Shown in pieces: positions 43,647-55,123 of a DNA stretch of 64,000 nucleotides. Origin of the DNA: an uncultured Variovorax sp. (GTDB taxonomy: Bacteria > Pseudomonadota > Gammaproteobacteria > Burkholderiales > Burkholderiaceae_C); contig CBIHOG010000021.1 in assembly GCA_966211435.1 (NCBI GenBank), positions 6,353 through 70,352 of the forward strand. The letters run 5' to 3'. The position numbers were made by a program, and so were the translations under genes. Position 1 is the stretch's first letter. Each line of letters starts with the position of its first letter. The notes beneath the pieces are model-generated. The model was not told the origin of the DNA. It did not search any database and worked only from the letters and a program-made list of their open reading frames with translations.

Positions 43647-43783
43647 ACAGAAACTTCGCGATGAAGAGCCGACTCCTACCAGCAGGTTCACCAGTGGAAC
43701 AGGGGTCGGGCAGGGCGGAGACGAAGTCACCGCGGCCGCCGGCCACGGTGTCATTTCAACGGTAAGCACACAAGGAGCTTGCG

Positions 43784-44320
43784 ATGCGTCTCACTACCAA
43801 AGGCCGCTTTGCGGTTACAGCCATGATCGACCTGGCCTTGCGCCAGAACACCGGTCCGGTCACGCTGGCAGCAATCAGCCAGCGGCAGCAGATCTCGCTG
43901 TCCTATCTCGAACAACTTTTTGGCAAGCTGCGTCGCCACGAGCTGGTCGAATCCACGCGGGGCCCCGGTGGCGGCTACTCGCTCGGCCGCAAGGCTGCGG
44001 AAATCACTGTCGCCGACATCATCGTGTCGGTCGACGAGCCGATCGACGCGACCCAGTGCGGGGGCAAGGAAAACTGCCTGGGCGAAGCTGGCCGCTGCAT
44101 GACGCACGAGCTCTGGGCGTCGCTCAACCAGCGCATGGTCGAGTTTCTCGACTCCGTCACGCTTCAGAAGCTCGTCGACGATCAGCTCGCCAAGGGCGTG
44201 CAGATCGAGAACAAGCCTGCGGTGAAGCGCGCCATTTCGGCCCAGCCGGTGGTGAAGCCGATCCGGGTCAACGCGCCCAATTCGGTGTTCGCCCTCGGCA
44301 ACGCCTTCGCCAAGTCCTGA
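43784..44320 (+). CDS. iscR: Fe-S cluster assembly transcription factor IscR
   Basis: MRLTTKGRFAV, SYLEQLF, three Cys (QCGGKENCLGEAGRCMTH); AAGGAG SD. Confidence 0.96.
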   Translation: MRLTTKGRFAVTAMIDLALRQNTGPVTLAAISQRQQISLSYLEQLFGKLRRHELVESTRGPGGGYSLGRKAAEITVADIIVSVDEPIDATQCGGKENCLGEAGRCMTHELWASLNQRMVEFLDSVTLQKLVDDQLAKGVQIENKPAVKRAISAQPVVKPIRVNAPNSVFALGNAFAKS

Positions 44321-44406
44321 CCGGGTGGGCGCCTCCGGGCGCCGCCCCTCTCGTTTGACGCTGTTTCGCCAAAAGATAAACCCCACGAACGAAGTCTGAG
44401 CCAGCC

Positions 44407-45627
44407 ATGGACGTCACCCCTCATTTCCCGATCTACCTCGACTACGGCGCGACGACGCCGGTCGATCCCCGCGTCGTCGACGCGATGATTCCCTGGTTGC
44501 GCGAGCACTTCGGCAACCCGGCGTCACGCAGCCATGCCTGGGGTTGGGAAGCCGAGGAAGCGGTCGAGAAGGCGCGTGGCGAAGTGGCGGAACTGATCGG
44601 CGCCGATCCGCGCGAGATCGTCTGGACCTCCGGCGCCACCGAGTCGAACAACCTCGCGCTGAAGGGCGCGGCGCATTTCTACAAGGGCAAGGGCAAGCAC
44701 CTCATCACGGTCAAGACCGAGCACAAGGCCGTGCTGGACACCATGCGCGAACTCGAGCGCCAGGGTTTCGAGGTGACCTACCTCGATGTGCAGGAAAACG
44801 GCTTGCTCGACCTGGAAGCCTTCAAGGCCGCGATCCGGCCCGACACCATTCTCGCGAGCGTGATGTTCGTGAACAACGAGATTGGCGTCATCCAGGACGT
44901 GGTGGCCCTGGGCAACCTGTGCCGCGAGAAGGGCGTGATCTTTCACGTCGACGCGGCGCAGGCCACGGGCAAGGTCGAGATCGACATCAAGAAGCTGCCG
45001 ATCGACCTCATGAGCCTGGCTTCGCACAAGACGTACGGCCCCAAGGGCATCGGTGCCCTCTACGTACGCCGCAAGCCGCGCGTGCGGCTGGAGGCCCAGA
45101 TGCACGGAGGCGGCCACGAACGCGGCATGCGCTCGGGCACGCTGCCCACCCACCAGATCGTGGGCATGGGCGAGGCCTTCCGCATCGCCCGGCTGGAGAT
45201 GAAGGACGACATCGCCAAGGCCAGCGCCCTGCAGCAGCGTCTGCTGAACGGCCTGAAGGACGTGGAGCAGGTCTTCATCAACGGCGACCTGGAGCACCGC
45301 GTTCCGCACAACCTGAACATCAGCTTCAACTACGTGGAGGGCGAGTCGCTGATCATGGGCATCAAGGGGCTGGCGGTGTCCAGCGGCTCGGCCTGCACAT
45401 CCGCCAGCCTGGAGCCCAGCTACGTGCTGCGCGCCCTTGGCCGCAGCGACGAACTCGCGCACAGCAGCCTTCGAATGACCATCGGCCGTTTCACGACCGA
45501 GGAAGAAATCGACTACGCGATCTCGACCATCAAGCACAACGTCGCCAAGCTCCGCGAGCTGAGCCCGTTGTGGGAGATGTTCAAGGAAGGCATCGACATC
45601 AGCACGATCCAATGGTCGGCGCACTAA
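44407..45627 (+). CDS. iscS: Cysteine desulfurase
   Basis: [35 protein letters not shown]. Confidence 0.98.
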   Translation: MDVTPHFPIYLDYGATTPVDPRVVDAMIPWLREHFGNPASRSHAWGWEAEEAVEKARGEVAELIGADPREIVWTSGATESNNLALKGAAHFYKGKGKHLITVKTEHKAVLDTMRELERQGFEVTYLDVQENGLLDLEAFKAAIRPDTILASVMFVNNEIGVIQDVVALGNLCREKGVIFHVDAAQATGKVEIDIKKLPIDLMSLASHKTYGPKGIGALYVRRKPRVRLEAQMHGGGHERGMRSGTLPTHQIVGMGEAFRIARLEMKDDIAKASALQQRLLNGLKDVEQVFINGDLEHRVPHNLNISFNYVEGESLIMGIKGLAVSSGSACTSASLEPSYVLRALGRSDELAHSSLRMTIGRFTTEEEIDYAISTIKHNVAKLRELSPLWEMFKEGIDISTIQWSAH

Positions 45628-45651
45628 AGATTCAGATCGAAGAGGTACCCC

Positions 45652-46065
45652 ATGGCTTATTCATCCAAGGTCATTGACCACTATGAGAATCCCCGAAACG
45701 TCGGCTCCTTCGAGAAGGGCGACGACTCCGTAGGCACCGGCATGGTCGGCGCACCGGCGTGTGGCGACGTCATGAAGCTGCAGATCAAGGTCAACCCGGA
45801 AACCGGCGTGATCGAGGACGCGCGCTTCAAGACCTACGGCTGCGGCTCGGCGATCGCCTCGTCCTCGCTCGTGACCGAATGGGTCAAGGGCAAGACGCTC
45901 GACGAAGCGGCTGCGCTGAAGAACGCGCAGATCGCCGAAGAACTGGCATTGCCGCCGGTCAAGATCCATTGCTCGATCCTGGCCGAGGATGCGATCAAGG
46001 CCGCCGTCAGCGACTACAAGGCCAAGCACGGCGCAACCGCCACCGCGACGGAAGCCGCTCACTGA
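45652..46065 (+). CDS. iscU: Fe-S scaffold protein
   Basis: [30 protein letters not shown]. Confidence 0.98.
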   Translation: MAYSSKVIDHYENPRNVGSFEKGDDSVGTGMVGAPACGDVMKLQIKVNPETGVIEDARFKTYGCGSAIASSSLVTEWVKGKTLDEAAALKNAQIAEELALPPVKIHCSILAEDAIKAAVSDYKAKHGATATATEAAH

Positions 46066-46066
46066 C

Positions 46067-46390
46067 ATGGCCGTGACCCTGACAGAAGCGGCCGCGCGCC
46101 ACGTCACGCGCTACCTCGGCAAGCGAGGCAAGGGCGTGGGCGTGCGGCTGGGCGTCAAGACCACGGGCTGCTCGGGCCTGGCCTACAAGCTCGAGTACGT
46201 GGACGAACTGGCGCCGGAAGACGTGGTGTTCGAGGACCATGGCGTGAAGGTGCTGGTCGACCCCAAGAGTCTTGCGTACCTGGACGGAACCCAGCTCGAC
46301 TTCGTTCGGGAAGGGCTCAACGAAGGCTTCAAGTTCAACAATCCGCAAGAACGCGACCGCTGTGGATGCGGCGAGAGCTTCCGCATCTGA
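46067..46390 (+). CDS. iscA: Fe-S cluster assembly protein IscA
   Basis: [17 protein letters not shown]. Confidence 0.97.
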   Translation: MAVTLTEAAARHVTRYLGKRGKGVGVRLGVKTTGCSGLAYKLEYVDELAPEDVVFEDHGVKVLVDPKSLAYLDGTQLDFVREGLNEGFKFNNPQERDRCGCGESFRI

Positions 46391-46411
46391 TCGCGCCGGC
46401 CTAGCGCCACC

Positions 46412-46444
46412 AGCCGCCACCATGTCATGTGCTGGCGGCTTTTT
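46412..46444 (+). terminator. Intrinsic terminator between iscA and hscB
   Basis: Stem AGCCGCCA/TGGCGGCT followed by TTTT. Confidence 0.65.
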
Positions 46445-46450
46445 ATCGCC

Positions 46451-46969
46451 ATGAACCTGAACGACACCGACTTCGAACTCTTCGCCGTCCCGGCGACCTT
46501 CGCGCAGGACCGCGCCGCGCTGGATGCGCGCTGGAAGGAACTCCAGCGCGAGGCCCACCCGGACCGTTTCGCAGCCCAGGGCGCCGCCGCGCAGCGCGTG
46601 GCCATGCAATGGTCGGTGCGCATCAACGAGGCCTATCAGCGCCTGAAGGACCCGGTCCGGCGCGCGACCTACCTGTGCGAGCTCAACGGTGCGCCCATCG
46701 ATGCCGAGCACAACACCTCGATGCCGCCCGAGTTCCTGATGCAGCAGATGGAGTGGCGCGAGGAGCTCGACGACGCACGCGACGCCTCCGCCGTCGAGAA
46801 GCTGCGGGCCGAAGTCGAGGCCGGCCGTGCGCGCGCGCTCTCGTCGCTCGACTGGCTCATCGACGAGAAAGGCGACTACGCTGGCGCGGCCCGCCAGGTC
46901 AGAGCCCTCATGTTCATTGAGCGCTTTGCCGACGACGTCGAAGCCAAGTCCGATCAGTGGGGACAATAG
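46451..46969 (+). CDS. hscB: Co-chaperone HscB
   Basis: HPD J-domain motif, [21 protein letters not shown]. Confidence 0.95.
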   Translation: MNLNDTDFELFAVPATFAQDRAALDARWKELQREAHPDRFAAQGAAAQRVAMQWSVRINEAYQRLKDPVRRATYLCELNGAPIDAEHNTSMPPEFLMQQMEWREELDDARDASAVEKLRAEVEAGRARALSSLDWLIDEKGDYAGAARQVRALMFIERFADDVEAKSDQWGQ

Positions 46970-46973
46970 GGCC

Positions 46974-48830
46974 ATGGCACTGCTCCAGATTTCAGAACCC
47001 GGCCAGGCGCCGGACCCGCACCAGCGCCGCATTGCCGTGGGCATCGACCTCGGCACAACCCATTCGCTGGTGGCGGCCGTGCGCAGCGGCGTGGCCGAGT
47101 GCCTGCCCGACGACCAGGGCCGCGTGGTGCTGCCTTCGGTCGTGCGCTACCTCGACAAGGACCGTCGCCAGATCGGCTTCGACGCGCTGGCCGCGCGCGC
47201 CACGGACCCGGCCAACGTGATCACCTCCGTCAAGCGCCTCATGGGTCGCGGCGTGCAGGACATTGCCAACCGCGACGCCATGTCCTACCGGCTGGCGGGC
47301 GATGCCGGAATGGTCAAGGTGCAGACCGTGGCGGGCGAGAAGTCGCCGGTCGAGGTGAGCGCGGAGATCCTCGCGACCCTGCGCTTCCGCGCCGAGGACA
47401 CCTTCGACGACGAGCTCTATGGGGCGGTCATCACGGTGCCCGCCTATTTCGACGAAGGCCAGCGCCAGGCGACCAAGGACGCCGCGCAGCTGGCCGGCAT
47501 CAACGTGCTGCGTCTCATCAGCGAGCCGACGGCCGCGGCCATAGCCTATGGCCTGGACAACGCGAGCGAAGGCGTCTACGCGGTGTACGACCTCGGCGGT
47601 GGCACCTTCGACATCTCGATCCTGCGGCTGACGCAAGGCGTTTTCGAGGTGATCGCCACCGGCGGCGACTCCGCGCTGGGCGGTGATGACTACGATCATG
47701 CGCTTGTCGATCTGGTGATGCGCCAATGCGGCCTCGAAGCGCGCAGCGACATCGACAAGGCGGCGCTGCTGGTCGCCGCGCGCGCCACGAAGGAGGCGTT
47801 GAGCGATGCGACGTCCGCCACCTTCGAGGCGGAACTGGGGGGCAAGGCCGTGCGCTGCGAGGTCGAGCGCTCTCAGTTCGATGAAGCCACCGCCGCGCTG
47901 ACCGCGCGGACCATCGCCGCCGTGCGCAAGGCGCTGCGCGACGCGAGGCTGCAGTCCGCGGAGCTTCAGGGCATCGTGCTCGTGGGCGGCGCGACGCGCA
48001 TGCCGCAGATCCGCGAAGCCGTCGCCGGGTTCTTCGGCCGCGAGGCGCTGACCAACCTGAACCCCGACGAGGTCGTCGCCCTCGGCGCGGCGATCCAGGC
48101 CAACCAGCTCGCCGGCAACGGCGGCTCCGGTGACCTGCTGCTGCTGGACGTGATCCCGCTGTCCCTTGGCCTGGAGACCATGGGCGGGCTCGTCGAGCGC
48201 ATCGTGCCGCGCAACCAGACCATCCCGACCGCGATGGCGCAGGACTTCACCACTTACCAGGACGGCCAGACGGCGCTCGCGCTGCACGTCGTGCAAGGCG
48301 AGCGCGACCTCGTCGCCGATTGCCGCAGCCTCGCGCGCTTCGAGCTGCGCGGCATCCCGCCCATGGCCGCCGGCGCCGCGCGCATCCGCGTCACCTTCAC
48401 CGTGGATGCCGATGGCCTGCTGAGCGTGAGCGCCAGGGAGCAGGGCAGCGGCGTCGAGGCCAGCGTCACGGTCAAGCCTTCCTACGGCCTGTCCGACGAC
48501 CAGATCGCGAGCATGTTGCAGGAGAGCTTCTCCACTGCCCAGCAGGACATGCAGGCACGCGCCGTGGTCGAGGCCCGCGTGGATGCCGACCGCATGCTGC
48601 TCGCGACGCAGAGCGCCCTCGATGCCGATGGCGACCTGCTCACCGACGGGGAGCGCGGCGACATCGACGTGCTGATGGCGCGGCTTCGCGATGCGCGCTC
48701 GTCCGACGATGCGGCTGTCATCGAAGCCATGACCAAGGCGCTGGCGGAAGGCACCGAGGCCTTCGCGGCCCAGCGCATGAATGCAGGCATCGCGCGCGCC
48801 CTTTCCGGACGCCAGATCGAATCCCTCTAG
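46974..48830 (+). CDS. hscA: Fe-S chaperone HscA
   Basis: [39 protein letters not shown]. Confidence 0.96.
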   Translation: MALLQISEPGQAPDPHQRRIAVGIDLGTTHSLVAAVRSGVAECLPDDQGRVVLPSVVRYLDKDRRQIGFDALAARATDPANVITSVKRLMGRGVQDIANRDAMSYRLAGDAGMVKVQTVAGEKSPVEVSAEILATLRFRAEDTFDDELYGAVITVPAYFDEGQRQATKDAAQLAGINVLRLISEPTAAAIAYGLDNASEGVYAVYDLGGGTFDISILRLTQGVFEVIATGGDSALGGDDYDHALVDLVMRQCGLEARSDIDKAALLVAARATKEALSDATSATFEAELGGKAVRCEVERSQFDEATAALTARTIAAVRKALRDARLQSAELQGIVLVGGATRMPQIREAVAGFFGREALTNLNPDEVVALGAAIQANQLAGNGGSGDLLLLDVIPLSLGLETMGGLVERIVPRNQTIPTAMAQDFTTYQDGQTALALHVVQGERDLVADCRSLARFELRGIPPMAAGAARIRVTFTVDADGLLSVSAREQGSGVEASVTVKPSYGLSDDQIASMLQESFSTAQQDMQARAVVEARVDADRMLLATQSALDADGDLLTDGERGDIDVLMARLRDARSSDDAAVIEAMTKALAEGTEAFAAQRMNAGIARALSGRQIESL

Positions 48831-48837
48831 AAACCCG

Positions 48838-49176
48838 ATGCCCACGATCAAGATCCTTCCTCATCCCGAGTACTGCCCGCAGGGCGCCGAGATCAGCGCG
48901 CCCGCCGGCACCTCGATCTGCGAGGCCATGCTCGACAACCATATCAACATCGAGCATGCGTGCGAAATGAGCTGCGCCTGCACCACCTGCCACGTCATCG
49001 TGCGCAAGGGGCTCGAATCACTCAACGAGGCGGAAGAAGGCGAGGAAGACCTGCTCGACCGCGCCTGGGGCCTGGAGCCGCAGTCCCGTCTGAGCTGCCA
49101 GGCGATCCTGGCGCAGGCCGACGTGACGGTGGAGATCCCGAAGTACTCGATCAACCACGCCAAAGAGAACCACTGA
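48838..49176 (+). CDS. fdx: ISC 2Fe-2S ferredoxin
   Basis: HACEMSCACTTCH, SRLSCQ. Confidence 0.97.
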   Translation: MPTIKILPHPEYCPQGAEISAPAGTSICEAMLDNHINIEHACEMSCACTTCHVIVRKGLESLNEAEEGEEDLLDRAWGLEPQSRLSCQAILAQADVTVEIPKYSINHAKENH

Positions 49177-49895
49177 TGTCCAGACTGATCGTCCTCGACA
49201 CCGAAACCACCGGCCTCTCCGCGGAGAACGGCGACCGTGTCATCGAGCTGGGATGCGTCGAACTCGTCAATCGCAAGCTCACCGGCAACGACCTGCACAT
49301 CTACTTCAACCCGGAGCGTGAGAGCCACGAGGACGCGCTGAAGGTGCACGGCCTCACGACCGACTTCCTGCGCGACAAGCCCAAGTTCGCGACGCTCGCG
49401 AGCGACATCGTCGAGTACCTGCGCGATGCGGAACTGATCATCCACAACGCGGCCTTCGACGTCGGCTTCCTCAACAAGGAGTTCGAGCTGGCCGGGCTTC
49501 AGCCGCTGCGCAGCTACGTGGCGGAAGTGACCGACACGCTCGCGATGGCGAAGCTGGTCTACCCCGGCAAGCGCAATTCGCTCGACGCGCTGTGCGACCG
49601 CTTCGGCGTCGACCGCTCCAACCGCACCTTCCACGGCGCCAAGCTGGACGCGCAACTGCTGGCGGACGTCTACATCAACCTCACGCGCGGCCAGGATGCG
49701 TTGCTGATCGACGTGTCGTCGAACGAGCCCGCGCTGGGCGCGGTGGTGGCCATCGACCTGCGAAGCTTCGAGCTGCCAGTGCTGATGGCGGCCGAGCACG
49801 AGCTGGCCGAGCACGCGCTGCTGTTGGGCCAACTCGACAAGGAGAGCAAGGGCCGCACGCTTTTTCGCAAGATCGAGCCAAACGCTGTGGCATAA
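49176..49895 (+). CDS. dnaQ: DNA polymerase III epsilon subunit
   Basis: LDTETTG, IIHNAAFD, HGAKLDA; TGATG overlap with fdx. Confidence 0.96.
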   Translation: MSRLIVLDTETTGLSAENGDRVIELGCVELVNRKLTGNDLHIYFNPERESHEDALKVHGLTTDFLRDKPKFATLASDIVEYLRDAELIIHNAAFDVGFLNKEFELAGLQPLRSYVAEVTDTLAMAKLVYPGKRNSLDALCDRFGVDRSNRTFHGAKLDAQLLADVYINLTRGQDALLIDVSSNEPALGAVVAIDLRSFELPVLMAAEHELAEHALLLGQLDKESKGRTLFRKIEPNAVA

Positions 49896-49958
49896 TCGCA
49901 GGCTTCGCGCAGCAGCGCGGGAATCCATCAGGTGCAGGGCCTTCAGGCTCGGCGCCAC

Positions 49959-50033
49959 GGGCGGTTAGCTCAGGGGTAGAGCACAGCATTCACACTGCTG
50001 GGGTCGGAGGTTCGAAGCCTCCACCGCCCACCA
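49959..50033 (+). tRNA. tRNA-Val (anticodon CAC)
   Basis: GGGCGGT acceptor stem, anticodon arm CAGCA-TTCACAC-TGCTG, GGTTCGAAGCC T arm, encoded CCA; 75 nt. Confidence 0.96.
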
Positions 50034-50154
50034 ATTTCCATTCCTCATCTGTCTTCCCGGCGCCCTTGTGGGTTGTCGCCGACGCAAGCCGCGGCCGCGC
50101 GCTGGTAGCGCATGCGCCCGAAGTCTTGTAGAACAGCCTGGAAGGAGAAATTAC

Positions 50155-50301
50155 ATGGCCACCAGTCCTGATCTTCCAACGCCCATCACGAGCGATCCCC
50201 CGGACGTGCCCGAGCTTCCGGTGGAACCCGACAAGGGCCCCGCATCACCGCCCGAGAATCCCGCGGACCCCGACAGCTCGGTCCCCTCGCCGCCGAAGTG
50301 A
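50155..50301 (+). CDS. 48-aa Pro/Asp/Glu-rich small protein (hypothetical)
   Basis: Strong AAGGAG SD; MATSPDLPTPITSDPPDVPELPVEPDKGPASPPENPADPDSSVPSPPK. Confidence 0.6.
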   Translation: MATSPDLPTPITSDPPDVPELPVEPDKGPASPPENPADPDSSVPSPPK

Positions 50302-50345
50302 ACCAGTCCCTCGAAGACGAGGTTGAAGCCCGCTAAGCTCGCGGG

Positions 50346-51452
50346 ATGGATGAATTCGATTGCGCCGTCATCGGCGCCGGCGTCGTGGGCTTGGCGGTCG
50401 CGCGCGCACTTGCGCTCCACGGCCGCGAAGTGATCGTGCTGGAGTCAGAGGGCGGCATCGGCACCGGCACCAGCTCCCGCAACAGCGAGGTGATCCACGC
50501 CGGCATTTACTACCCCAAGGATTCCCTCAAGGCCCGGCTTTGCGTCGAGGGCAAGCAACTGCTCTATGCCTATGCCGCCGAACGCGGCGTGCCGCACCGG
50601 CGCTGCGGCAAGCTGATCGTCGCCACCTCGCAAGCTCAGGTGGCCCAACTGGATGCGATCAACGCCAAGGCAAAAGCCAACGGCGTCGACGACATGGTCT
50701 TGCTCACGCGCGGGCAGGCCCGCGCGATGGAGCCTCAGTTGGAATGCCTGGCGGCACTGCACTCGCCGAGCACGGGCATCGTCGACAGCCATGCGCTGAT
50801 GCTCAGCCTGCAGGGGGATCTCGAGAACGCCGGCGGCGTCGTCGCGCTCAAGTCCGGCATCGCACGCGCGGAATGCACGGCGGAGGGCATCGTGCTGACC
50901 GGCTTGGACGGTACCGCCCTGCGCTGCAGGAGCGTCGCCAACGCCGCCGGCATCGCCGCGCCGGACCTCGCCCGCCGGTTCGAGGGCGTTCCCGCCGCCG
51001 CAATTCCCAAAGCCCACTACGCCAAGGGCAACTACTTCACGCTGGCTGGCCGCGCACCCTTCAGCCGCTTGATCTACCCCGTGCCGGAGGCGGCGGGCCT
51101 CGGCGTGCACCTCACGCTGGACCTGGGCGGCCAGGCCAAGTTCGGGCCGGACGTGGAGTGGGTCGCATCGCCGGACGACCTGGTCGTCGACCCGGCGCGT
51201 GGCGATGGCTTCTATGCCGAGGTGCGCAAGTACTGGCCCGCCCTCCAGGACGGTGCGCTGGTCCCGGGCTATGCCGGCATCCGTCCCAAGATCTCCGGGC
51301 CCGGCGAGCCCGCCGCCGATTTCGTGATCCAGGGGCCGGCCGACCACGGCGTGCCCGGCCTTGTCAATCTCTTCGGCATCGAGTCGCCTGGCCTCACCAG
51401 CAGCCTCGCAATTGCGAGCCGAGTGGCCGATCTTCTGGCCCAGGCCCTGTGA
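50346..51452 (+). CDS. lhgO: FAD-dependent oxidoreductase, L-2-hydroxyglutarate oxidase family
   Basis: [46 protein letters not shown]. Confidence 0.82.
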   Translation: MDEFDCAVIGAGVVGLAVARALALHGREVIVLESEGGIGTGTSSRNSEVIHAGIYYPKDSLKARLCVEGKQLLYAYAAERGVPHRRCGKLIVATSQAQVAQLDAINAKAKANGVDDMVLLTRGQARAMEPQLECLAALHSPSTGIVDSHALMLSLQGDLENAGGVVALKSGIARAECTAEGIVLTGLDGTALRCRSVANAAGIAAPDLARRFEGVPAAAIPKAHYAKGNYFTLAGRAPFSRLIYPVPEAAGLGVHLTLDLGGQAKFGPDVEWVASPDDLVVDPARGDGFYAEVRKYWPALQDGALVPGYAGIRPKISGPGEPAADFVIQGPADHGVPGLVNLFGIESPGLTSSLAIASRVADLLAQAL

Positions 51453-51534
51453 GGCCATGTACCATGATTGCTACGCCGCCCGATGGCGTGGAATCACCGG
51501 CACGGTGCCGGTGTGAATGCGGAGAACATTTCCA

Positions 51535-51843
51535 ATGACTGCATCTACGAATCTTGAAGAGGCTGCCAAGGCCGTCGCCGAAGACATCGCGAGCGACGTG
51601 CGCGGCGTGCTTGCCAGCAAGGACCTCGACTCGGTTCCCCATATCAAGGCCCTGCGTCAGCGCATCGACAGCAAGCTGGCCATCGCGCGCGAACTCGCGG
51701 CCGAGAAGAGCCGGATCGCCGCCAAGAAGGCGCGTGAAGCCGCGAACACGGCCAATGCCTATGCGCATGACGAGCCGTGGCAGATCGCCGGCGCCGCGCT
51801 GGCGGTGGGCGTGCTGGTGGGCCTGTTGCTTGGTCGCCGCTAA
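51535..51843 (+). CDS. DUF883/ElaB/YqjD family membrane-anchored protein
   Basis: C-terminal YAHDEPWQIAGAALAVGVLVGLLLGRR; GGAGA SD. Confidence 0.88.
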   Translation: MTASTNLEEAAKAVAEDIASDVRGVLASKDLDSVPHIKALRQRIDSKLAIARELAAEKSRIAAKKAREAANTANAYAHDEPWQIAGAALAVGVLVGLLLGRR

Positions 51844-51882
51844 GCCCGAAGACGTTCCAGCGGCGGCGAGGGAGAAGAGCGA

Positions 51883-52593
51883 ATGAAGCTCTTGATGTCC
51901 CTGCTCGGGCTGGATGCGCGCCTGAGGCACCTGAAGATCCTGGCCAGGGAGGGTGCGCTCGCAGCCGAAGACCGCGTGCTTCTGCTGCGCCTGGCGTGGG
52001 AGGAGGAGAAGCAGCGGCTGCAGCTGATGCTCGTCCTCGTGATCGCGGTGATGGGCCTCACGACGGTCGCCGCGGCCCTGCTGTCGGTGGCGGTCGTCGT
52101 TCATTTCTGGGATACGCCGCACCGCATCGCGGCGGCCTGGTCCGTGGCGGCGGTCTGGACCGCGCTCTGGATCGCAGCCGTGGTCGCGCTGCTCTCGACG
52201 CTTCGCAAGACGTCGAGCGCTTTCGAGCCCACGCGCCGCGAGTTCGAGCGCGACTGGGACTGGGCCCGCGCCCAGTTCGGCGTCGGAGGCAAGGGCGAGG
52301 CGCCCGATGCGCCGAGGCGGCCGGTCACGCGCGAGGAAGTGCTCGGCCGCATCGAGCGGCAGCGCATGCGCATCGCGACGCTCCAGGCGGCGCAGGCGGA
52401 GCCCGAGCGGCGCGAGTCCGCCAGCGAGCCGCCGCCAGCCGACGCATCCGTCACGGCGGCTGCGATGCGCGTCGTGCGCGAGCATCCCATCGCCACCGGT
52501 GTCGCGGCGGCCGCGGCCGTCGCCGTGCTGGGCCCGCGCCGCCTGCTGCGCTGGGCCGTGGTGGTGGTCCCCGTCCTCTGGCGGATGCGCTGA
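51883..52593 (+). CDS. YqjE/phage-holin-like membrane protein with a YqjK-like C-terminal extension
   Basis: Two TM segments, FEPTRREFERD, then RIERQRMR and VLGPRRLLRWA; position after the elaB homolog. Confidence 0.6.
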   Translation: MKLLMSLLGLDARLRHLKILAREGALAAEDRVLLLRLAWEEEKQRLQLMLVLVIAVMGLTTVAAALLSVAVVVHFWDTPHRIAAAWSVAAVWTALWIAAVVALLSTLRKTSSAFEPTRREFERDWDWARAQFGVGGKGEAPDAPRRPVTREEVLGRIERQRMRIATLQAAQAEPERRESASEPPPADASVTAAAMRVVREHPIATGVAAAAAVAVLGPRRLLRWAVVVVPVLWRMR

Positions 52594-52603
52594 GGCGCCG
52601 TCT

Positions 52604-53671
52604 TCAGGCCCGGTGTTCGCGCAGGGCCTGCGCGGCCTGGCGGACCAGCGCCGGGCCGCGATAGATCATCCCGGTGTAGATCTGCACCACGTCGGCACCC
52701 GCCGCGATCTTGGCCTGTGCGTCCGCACCGCTCAGCACGCCGCCAACGCCGACGATCGGAAAGTTCGCGCCCAGCGCGGTGCGCAACTGCCCGATCACCC
52801 GGTTGCTGGCTTCGCGCACCGGCGCGCCGGAGAGGCCACCGGTTTCCTCCGCATGCGGCAGACCCGCCACCGCCTCGCGCGACAGCGTGGTGTTGGTCGC
52901 GACCACGCCGTCCATCCCGTGTCGCAACAGCGCCGCCGCGATCACGCCGAGCTGCGCCTCGTCCAGGTCCGGCGCGATCTTGACGAACAGCGGCACCCGC
53001 TTGCCGTGCCGTTCGGCCAGCGCCGCGCGCTTGTCGGCGAGGGCACCCAGCAGGGCGTCGAGCGCCTCGTCGCTCTGCAGCGAGCGGAGGTTGGCGGTGT
53101 TGGGGCTCGAAATGTTGATGGTCACGTAGTCGGCATGCGGGTACACGCCGTCCAGGCAGACCAGGTAGTCGTCCACCGCGCGTTCGATCGGCGTGGCGGC
53201 GTTCTTGCCGATGTTGAGCCCCAGCAGCATGGGCTTTCTCGACGTGTTCTTGCGGAAGCGCGCCCGCTGCACGTTGGCCAGGAAGGCGTCCAGCCCCTCG
53301 TTGTTGAAGCCCAGCCGGTTGATCAACGCGTCGCGCTGCGGCAACCGGAAGATCCGCGGTCGTGCATTGCCCGGCTGCGGCTTCGGCGTGACGGTGCCGA
53401 CCTCGACGAAGCCGAAGCCCATCGCGGCGAAGGCGTCGATGCAGCGCGCATTCTTGTCCAGCCCGGCCGCCAAGCCGACCCGATTGGGGAAATCCAGGCC
53501 CGCCAGCTTGAGCGGATCTTCCACGCGCGGCGCCGCGTAGGCGCAGGCGAAGGGGGTGTTCTGGGTGCGCGCCAGTGCGTCGAGAGTGAGCTCGTGCGCA
53601 TGCTCGGGGTCGATGCCAAAAAGAAAGGGACGGGCAAGACCGTAAAACGAGGAGGGCAGCGGCAGGGGCAT
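52604..53671 (-). CDS. pyrD: Quinone-dependent dihydroorotate dehydrogenase
   Basis: [34 protein letters not shown]. Confidence 0.97.
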   Translation of the reverse strand: MPLPLPSSFYGLARPFLFGIDPEHAHELTLDALARTQNTPFACAYAAPRVEDPLKLAGLDFPNRVGLAAGLDKNARCIDAFAAMGFGFVEVGTVTPKPQPGNARPRIFRLPQRDALINRLGFNNEGLDAFLANVQRARFRKNTSRKPMLLGLNIGKNAATPIERAVDDYLVCLDGVYPHADYVTINISSPNTANLRSLQSDEALDALLGALADKRAALAERHGKRVPLFVKIAPDLDEAQLGVIAAALLRHGMDGVVATNTTLSREAVAGLPHAEETGGLSGAPVREASNRVIGQLRTALGANFPIVGVGGVLSGADAQAKIAAGADVVQIYTGMIYRGPALVRQAAQALREHRA

Positions 53672-53711
53672 TGGATAATTCCGGACTTCGAACAGCCAAG
53701 GATTCTCCGCG

Positions 53712-54413
53712 ATGACTTCCCCCGTTCCCGCTCCAGCCCTGACCCAGGATGAAATGAAGGCGCAGGTCGGCCGCGCCGCGCTGGCTTACGTGGTGAAGGG
53801 CGAGATCGTCGGCGTCGGCACCGGCTCCACGGTCAACAAGTTCATCGACGCGCTGGCGACGATCAAGGGAAGCATCCGCGGGGCGGTGTCCAGTTCCGTC
53901 GCCTCCACCGAGCGGCTGCTGGCCCTGGGCATTCCGGTGTTCGACAGCAACGATGTCGAGGAACTGGGGGTGTATATCGACGGCGCCGACGAGATCGACG
54001 GCCGTGGCTACATGCTCAAGGGCGGCGGCGCGGCGCTGACGCGCGAGAAGATCGTCGCGGCGCAATCCCGCAGCTTCGTCTGCATCGCGGATGCCTCCAA
54101 GCGGGTGAACACGCTCGGCGCCTTCCCGCTGCCGGTCGAGGTCATCCCGATGGCCACGCGGCGCATCATCCGCCAGTTCGCGCGGCTGGGCGGCGTGGCC
54201 ACGGTCCGCGAGAAGGACGGCGCACCGCTGGTCACCGACAACGGGCAGCACATCATCGATGTGAAGGGCCTGCGCATCACCGATCCGCTCGACTTCGAAT
54301 CCGAGGTCAGCCAGTGGCCCGGCGTGATCACCGTGGGCGTGTTCGCCCATCAGCGGGCAGATGTGTGCCTGTTGGGAACACCCACCGGCGTCGAGACGCT
54401 GCGCTTCGACTGA
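53712..54413 (+). CDS. rpiA: Ribose-5-phosphate isomerase A
   Basis: [25 protein letters not shown]. Confidence 0.97.
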   Translation: MTSPVPAPALTQDEMKAQVGRAALAYVVKGEIVGVGTGSTVNKFIDALATIKGSIRGAVSSSVASTERLLALGIPVFDSNDVEELGVYIDGADEIDGRGYMLKGGGAALTREKIVAAQSRSFVCIADASKRVNTLGAFPLPVEVIPMATRRIIRQFARLGGVATVREKDGAPLVTDNGQHIIDVKGLRITDPLDFESEVSQWPGVITVGVFAHQRADVCLLGTPTGVETLRFD

Positions 54414-54426
54414 GTCCGGTGCAGAC

Positions 54427-55053
54427 TCAGAACTTGATGCCGGCCGGGTTGGCCGGCGTCGGCTCGCTCGATGGGGCCGGCAGTGGCAGCGAATTCGCAG
54501 GCGCCGTGGCAGCGGGCGCGGGTTGCGCCGCCGGCTGCAAGGCCACGAGCGGCTGCGCCGGCGGGTTGCGATAGCCGGCGGGCAACTGTGCGCTCTTCGG
54601 GTAGCCCGCAGCATCCAGGTACTGCGACCATTCCGAATCCGAGAATCCCTTCAATTGCTGAGAGCCGATGGCCAGCAGCGGCAGCGAGTTCTGGTTGCTC
54701 AGGCGCTGCAGGGCGTCGATGTCCGCGTTGCTCTTGACGGTCCGTTCCTCGAAAGGCACGCCACGCGTCGTCAGCAGCGAACGCCCGCTGTTGCAGGGGC
54801 CGCATTCGTCGCCCGTGTAGAGCGTGACGGGGTAGCGCTGCGCTACCTGGCGCAGTTCGTAGGGCAGGCCCGCGTCGGCACCGCCCGCGGAAGGCCCGCC
54901 GCGCGGCGCGGCCACCGGCGCGTTGGCGGCAGGGGGCTGGTCGGAGAAGGTGACCTTGCCGTTCTTGTCGACGTTGCGGTAGACGGCCTGCGCGGAGGCG
55001 GCGCCGGCGAGCATCAGCAGGGCAAGGCCGCTAAGGGCGGTGTTCAGCTTCAT
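54427..55053 (-). CDS. Secreted DUF4124 + glutaredoxin-domain protein
   Basis: Signal peptide, VYRNVDKNGKVTFSDQPP, CGPC motif, Pro/Ala-rich tail. Confidence 0.82.
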   Translation of the reverse strand: MKLNTALSGLALLMLAGAASAQAVYRNVDKNGKVTFSDQPPAANAPVAAPRGGPSAGGADAGLPYELRQVAQRYPVTLYTGDECGPCNSGRSLLTTRGVPFEERTVKSNADIDALQRLSNQNSLPLLAIGSQQLKGFSDSEWSQYLDAAGYPKSAQLPAGYRNPPAQPLVALQPAAQPAPAATAPANSLPLPAPSSEPTPANPAGIKF

Positions 55054-55123
55054 CGATGAGACTCCATGATCGGATGTCCGGAGTATCTCAGGACGCGGCA
55101 CCCCTGCCGCGTCCGACCCGCGT

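Noticed and set aside
43661-43765. 34-codon uORF in the iscR leader
   Set aside because: No SD and atypical codons; probably spurious.
49959-50340. tRNA-Val as an integration site
   Set aside because: No integrase and no duplicated tRNA 3' end were seen in the window.
51495-51513. 19-bp palindrome CACCGGCAC-G-GTGCCGGTG upstream of the elaB homolog
   Set aside because: Single GC-rich occurrence with no cognate regulator nearby; function cannot be supported.
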